A stretch of DNA of 20,000 bases, taken from the IMG/VR virus record IMGVR_UViG_3300018080_000168. One strand, written 5' to 3'. The notes beneath the pieces were generated by a model. It was given only the letters and a program-made list of their open reading frames with translations. It ran no database searches and was not told where the DNA came from. This DNA is from an uncultured virus (IMG/VR IMGVR_UViG_3300018080_000168) (lineage: Duplodnaviria > Heunggongvirae > Uroviricota > Caudoviricetes). Of the stretch, positions 16,255 to 20,000 are shown piece by piece; position 1 is the stretch's first letter, and every line of letters starts with the position of its first letter. Position numbers and translations under genes: made by a program.

Positions 16255-17538
16255 ATGAAAAAATGGAGCGACAAATCACACCCACTGGTGGAAGTAGCAA
16301 AAAACCACAAAAAAGTGCTAAAAATGAAAGCAGAAAGCATAGATGTAGTTGTTTCCACACCTTTTAGAAATCCCATTGTTTCAACAATTAAATTTGATGG
16401 AGAGCACAATATAATTTCTTGGACAAAGGGAGACTCTGATTGCACAGTTTGCAATAGAGGAGGAACTGTTCGTACAGACCTTAATCCCACAATGGAATTA
16501 GCTGGAATATTGCAAAGCCAAGGATACACAGAGGCAACTTTTGCAGGTGAGTTATATGCCATTTGGGAAAATGGAAAGAAAATGGACTTAAAAGATGTCA
16601 TGCACCATATAAAAGCTCCAAAGGGAAAAGAAGAGGAGAGCAGAATTAGGATTGCATTATTTGATATAATATCACTGAATGGTAAACCAATTTACGATAA
16701 ATATTGGAAAAAAATATTGTTGCTTGGAGAAATACTTGGTTCAGACACTGATTATGTTCATGCTGTTCCTGCAGTTCAAGGAGATATTAATGTTGCAAGG
16801 GATATGTGGGAGCATGAGGTATTGGAGAAAGGATTAGAAGGATTAGTTATTCATTCTAATGGTATAATCAAGGTGAAAGTAATTAATACTATGGATGTTG
16901 CTGTAATAGGAATGACAGCATTTGGAAAGAGATTTGAGCAGGGATTGGCGAGTGCGTTTCTTGTTGCATTTCAAGCTCCAGACGGAACATTTCTTGTTAG
17001 TTCACATGTTGGAGCTGCTGCTAAAGAAAAGGAACAAAAAGAATGGTATGATTGGATTATGGCAAATAAAGTTGGAGAAACTGTAATCAATAATGAAAGA
17101 CATATCATGTGTAAGCCAATGAGGATTCTTGAAGTTGGGGCAAATGAGTGGTATTGCTATGAAAATCCAAAAGTGGCAGGATATACATTTGATGGCAAAG
17201 AGTACAAGTATGCAGGAATGTTTCCTGGTGTTAAAGGACAGAAGCCTCGATTATTGAAAGATGAGAATGGCAGAATTAAAGAGCGAAAGGATAAAAGCAT
17301 CAATCCAATTGATTTAAGACTTACACAGGCTCCAGATTTTGATGAGAAGTGGCTTACACCTTATATGAAAGGTTCAAGACCGAAGCCAAAATCCGAATCT
17401 ACAGTTGTGGAGCGAAATCGTGCTGCACTTGCATCAATATTCTCTGGTGGGTCTTATGCACCAAAATCACATTTAACAACTTCTGAAGTTGAACAAAAAA
17501 ATAAGGAAGTTCTCAAGCAAATCTTTGGGGGTTCATAA
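16255..17538 (+). CDS. lig: ATP-dependent DNA ligase (nucleotidyltransferase + OB domains)
   Basis: Motif I KFDGE (Lys 16390), III FAGELY, IIIa IALFDII, IV EGLVI, V KVK..TMDVAVIG, OB-fold GKRFEQGLASAFLVA..HVG. Confidence 0.85.
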   Translation: MKKWSDKSHPLVEVAKNHKKVLKMKAESIDVVVSTPFRNPIVSTIKFDGEHNIISWTKGDSDCTVCNRGGTVRTDLNPTMELAGILQSQGYTEATFAGELYAIWENGKKMDLKDVMHHIKAPKGKEEESRIRIALFDIISLNGKPIYDKYWKKILLLGEILGSDTDYVHAVPAVQGDINVARDMWEHEVLEKGLEGLVIHSNGIIKVKVINTMDVAVIGMTAFGKRFEQGLASAFLVAFQAPDGTFLVSSHVGAAAKEKEQKEWYDWIMANKVGETVINNERHIMCKPMRILEVGANEWYCYENPKVAGYTFDGKEYKYAGMFPGVKGQKPRLLKDENGRIKERKDKSINPIDLRLTQAPDFDEKWLTPYMKGSRPKPKSESTVVERNRAALASIFSGGSYAPKSHLTTSEVEQKNKEVLKQIFGGS

Positions 17539-17545
17539 ATGAATA

Positions 17546-17560
17546 TAAAAGTTTTAATAG
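17546..17560 (+). promoter_or_regulatory. Putative archaeal BRE/TATA promoter (TAAAAGTTTTAATAG)
   Basis: A-rich BRE-like run plus TTTTAATA in one of the few intergenic gaps; GGTGA SD at 17583. Confidence 0.55.
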
Positions 17561-17591
17561 AACAAAATACAATATATAGGACGGTGATGCT

Positions 17592-17939
17592 GTGGACATG
17601 CTAATAGCCGATAGTGATTCAAGAGCAGGAGGTTGCTATTCTGGAATTTTTGGAGGCATCGAAGGTCTTGGAGAAGAAATTATGCTTGGTGAATTGACTC
17701 TTGATTCATATGGAATCGGATTGCCACAGCCATCTCCAAGAGAAGAAGTGCCGAGTTCGGATAAAGTTGTTACCAAAGCAATTGTTGCAGATAAAAACAC
17801 AGGAAAAAGATTTGGAACAAAGGTTCGAACTGTAAAACAGGAAGCAAAAGTTATGCTTTCTGACAAAGATAACAGACAAACACTTGTGCTGCTTGGGCTC
17901 GCAGGAATTTTCGGATATATGTTATGGAAGGAGAGATAG
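17592..17939 (+). CDS. 115-aa C-terminally anchored membrane protein with IEGLG motif
   Basis: TM TLVLLGLAGIFGYMLW-KER; GGTGA SD; start 17592 or 17598. Confidence 0.8.
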   Translation: MDMLIADSDSRAGGCYSGIFGGIEGLGEEIMLGELTLDSYGIGLPQPSPREEVPSSDKVVTKAIVADKNTGKRFGTKVRTVKQEAKVMLSDKDNRQTLVLLGLAGIFGYMLWKER

Positions 17940-17940
17940 A

Positions 17941-18411
17941 ATGAAGTGCCCAAAATGCAAGACAACAATGGATTATTATGGTCTTGCAGCTAATCCAAGT
18001 GGTGAGAATTTTCCTGCTTATAGATGCAAGAAATGTAATAGCTCTTTCATTGATTTGAAAAGGAATCCACCAGCAGAAAGTAGTGCTGTAGTAGAGCAAA
18101 GTTTGGACGAATCTACACTTCCTAAATCGTATGGTCCAGCGATAAAACTCTTTGAAGAGTTCAATCGCAAACCAGCAGATAAGATAATACAAGCAGATAT
18201 CAAACTTCCAGATAATTACAAAAATCCATTGGTATGGCTTGGAAAGATTGCAGGAGTAATATACATTAGCGACAAAGAAGGAAGGAAAGGCCAAAGATAT
18301 ATACACGAATGTGATGCACCTTATCCAGACTTCTTTGTTACAGCTGACAGAAAGACATATATTATTTCTGGAGGCAAATTGGAGCTTAAAGATGGCTGGT
18401 TATATTATTGA
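17941..18411 (+). CDS. Zn-ribbon plus globular domain of unknown function
   Basis: ATG 17941 after GGAAGGAG (preferred over 17884); CPKC..CKKC; three NP motifs. Confidence 0.85.
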   Translation: MKCPKCKTTMDYYGLAANPSGENFPAYRCKKCNSSFIDLKRNPPAESSAVVEQSLDESTLPKSYGPAIKLFEEFNRKPADKIIQADIKLPDNYKNPLVWLGKIAGVIYISDKEGRKGQRYIHECDAPYPDFFVTADRKTYIISGGKLELKDGWLYY

Positions 18412-20000
18412 AACAAATGAATTGATTGACAAATTAGTCCGTCCTGGCAATATAGCAGTAGCCTTTGGAAGAAGAGGCTCTGGCAAAACAGCATTTGGTT
18501 TTTACATTGCAGAAGAGGCCAGGAAGCGTGAGAGACCTGTTTTTGCAGTCGGTTATCCTCCTGAAGCCAAACAACATCTTCCTGGATACATAGATTTGGT
18601 TGAAGATATCCAGGATGTTCCGAATGGAGCATTCACACTAATTGATGAAGCAGTTGTTCAATACAGTAGCAGGAGATGGAGAAAAGGCAAAAATCTTGCA
18701 TTAACCAATATTATAGATGTAGCAAGACATAAAGACTTATCTGTCATTTTTTTGGCAATTAATACTGCAATGGTGGACCCAAATATTTTGAGAGCCATTG
18801 ATACTATGCTTGTTAAGGAACAATCACTTCTTCAACAGTATATGGAGAGACCTTTTCTTAAGAAATTCTTGAACAAGGCAGAGACTGCATTCCAGCAAAT
18901 TCCTTCAGATGACCGTGTAAAATATGTCTATATATTTGACGACAGAATGGGTGAGGGACTTGTTGAAACGCACTTGCCTACATTTTGGTCTGATGAACTT
19001 TCAAAAAGTTGGAAAGATGTAACAATGTCTGAAGACCCGACAAAACAGGGAATAAAAGTTATTGGCTCTGCATCTTTGCCTATTGGGAAATCTCCAATTT
19101 GCTTGAAATGCAAAAGTTTTGTTTATACAGATACTGAAGCATGGTGTTTACTCGGAAATGATGTTGGAGTTTCCGAATGCGAAGATTTTGAGATGAAGAA
19201 ACAGCCAAAAGTATGGAAATTTGGTAAAGAAAAGAAGAAAAAGGGCATTCCATGGATTTCTAATCCTCCTAATGGACTTGGGCAATGTCTATCCTGTGTG
19301 AATTCACAAGGAGAAACAGAAGATGGCAAAATACAGTGTGCAAAATTTGGAATTGTCAAGTTTATCGAGGGAAAGTGTGATAGTCATACAGCTGAAAATC
19401 CACAGTACTTGTATAATACATTACCTAATCCCATTGAATTACATCGCCAAGCTGTTTCAATATATCCAAAATTTAGAATTCCCATATTGACACCTACAGG
19501 ATATATTGAATATTGGGAAAAATGGCTGAAATTTGCAGATGAGCATGGATTTCCTTTGATAAAAGAGGCAAAAGGAACAGACACTTATCAAACTCCAATT
19601 GGTAAGTCTGGAATTCCATATAAAGTTGAAATTCATACAGAAGTAGGTAAAACTCCTTTCGGCAAACTTCCTATGTCATGTACTTGTATGGGCTTCAAAT
19701 ATCCAAAAGGAGGAAAGGCACGTTCTTGTAAGCATTGCGACCAACTTTCAGAGTTAATTTTGGAGTTTGCCTCAAGAGAGGGCATAACAGGTGAAAAAGC
19801 TGGAAGACGAAGAAGAGGAAGCGAAGGAGAAGCTTCAGAGGGTGGCAGTGAAGCAATACCAGGTGAAGGAGAAGGAGAAGGCGAAGGAGAAGGAGAAGGC
19901 GAAGGCGAAGGCGAAGGCGAAGGCGAAGGCGAAGGCGAAGGCGAAGGCGAAGGCGAAGGAAAAGGAGAAGGTGAAGGTGAAGGAGAAGGCGAAGGCGAAG
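18392..20000 (+). CDS. FtsK/HerA/Zot-like P-loop ATPase fused to two Cys4 modules, a SWIM zinc finger and a (Gly-Glu)n tract; runs off the 3' edge (not in ORF track)
   Basis: Own translation, open from ATG 18392 to the window end: Walker A GRRGSGKT (18467), Walker B TLIDEA (18635), ARH (18722), SWIM CTC-x13-CKH (19679-19735); GGAG SD at 18381. Confidence 0.85.
   Translation, partial: MAGYIIETNELIDKLVRPGNIAVAFGRRGSGKTAFGFYIAEEARKRERPVFAVGYPPEAKQHLPGYIDLVEDIQDVPNGAFTLIDEAVVQYSSRRWRKGKNLALTNIIDVARHKDLSVIFLAINTAMVDPNILRAIDTMLVKEQSLLQQYMERPFLKKFLNKAETAFQQIPSDDRVKYVYIFDDRMGEGLVETHLPTFWSDELSKSWKDVTMSEDPTKQGIKVIGSASLPIGKSPICLKCKSFVYTDTEAWCLLGNDVGVSECEDFEMKKQPKVWKFGKEKKKKGIPWISNPPNGLGQCLSCVNSQGETEDGKIQCAKFGIVKFIEGKCDSHTAENPQYLYNTLPNPIELHRQAVSIYPKFRIPILTPTGYIEYWEKWLKFADEHGFPLIKEAKGTDTYQTPIGKSGIPYKVEIHTEVGKTPFGKLPMSCTCMGFKYPKGGKARSCKHCDQLSELILEFASREGITGEKAGRRRRGSEGEASEGGSEAIPGEGEGEGEGEGEGEGEGEGEGEGEGEGEGEGEGKGEGEGEGEGEGE
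19862..20000 (+). repeat. Hexanucleotide GGNGAA tandem repeat encoding (Gly-Glu)n
   Basis: 23 units to 19999 (one is Gly-Lys); 10 perfect GGCGAA at 19898-19957; continues past the edge. Confidence 0.95.

Larger units (their letters stand above)
1..20000 (+). mobile_element. Segment of a putative archaeal virus or virus-like element (morphogenesis/cargo region)
   Basis: Single-strand, dense, coupled genes (ATGA overlaps at 1776, 12481, 15167, 16069; TAATG at 7884, 9932); mostly ORFans; packaging-like ATPase, transglutaminase-like proteases, many small TM proteins; archaeal-like promoters; no cellular housekeeping genes. No capsid gene or element boundary visible. Confidence 0.65.

Noticed and set aside
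16255..17538. The four NP dipeptides in the ligase as processing sites
   Set aside because: They lie within or right beside the catalytic and OB domains, where cutting would destroy the enzyme; treated as background and as a caveat to the NP model.
3848..17940. Longer 5' starts from the ORF track (3848, 7419, 11135, 17884)
   Set aside because: They overlap upstream genes needlessly; downstream ATGs (3887, 7488, 11171, 17941) have SD-like motifs and better spacing.
2054..19584. Many minus-strand ORFs, some long (3581-4294, 5113-5751, 9271-9957, 10299-10994, 10792-11733, 16059-16601)
   Set aside because: All are antisense to well-supported + strand genes; their Phe/Leu/Ser/Ala richness mirrors Lys/Glu/Ala codons; no motifs of their own.
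1..20000. Assignment as a Borg element, or identification of a major capsid protein
   Set aside because: One-strand coding and a few coding repeats are not diagnostic; no intergenic perfect tandem repeats; no ORF shows a recognisable jelly-roll or HK97 signature.

Overview
All credible genes (about 25) lie on the + strand, tightly packed and often translationally coupled. There are no housekeeping operons, rRNA, tRNA or CRISPR arrays. Three intergenic gaps carry archaeal-type TATA boxes, several ribosome-binding sites are GGTGA/GGAGG, and I found no GATC in 20 kb. The content fits a morphogenesis or virion-cargo region of a large, probably tailless, membrane-containing archaeal virus or virus-like element (inference; no major capsid protein is recognisable here). 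Recognisable products are two adjacent transglutaminase-like Cys proteases, an HExxH metallopeptidase-like protein, a run of C-terminally anchored membrane proteins, a tentative Ku-like protein near an ATP-dependent DNA ligase, and an FtsK/HerA/Zot-like ATPase fused to Cys4 modules, a SWIM finger and a (Gly-Glu)n tract. That last ORF (18392 to the window end) is missing from the supplied track. The most striking signal is a two-motif peptide 'punctuation'. Large soluble proteins are strings of small unrelated modules (SH3-like, half-ferritin, Zn ribbons, basic and acidic blocks) separated by Asn-Pro (NP). The membrane-anchored proteins instead carry hydrophobic-x-[G/D/N/E]-[L/I]-G motifs. Together with the encoded proteases, this suggests an undescribed polyprotein processing or cargo-targeting system (hypothesis).
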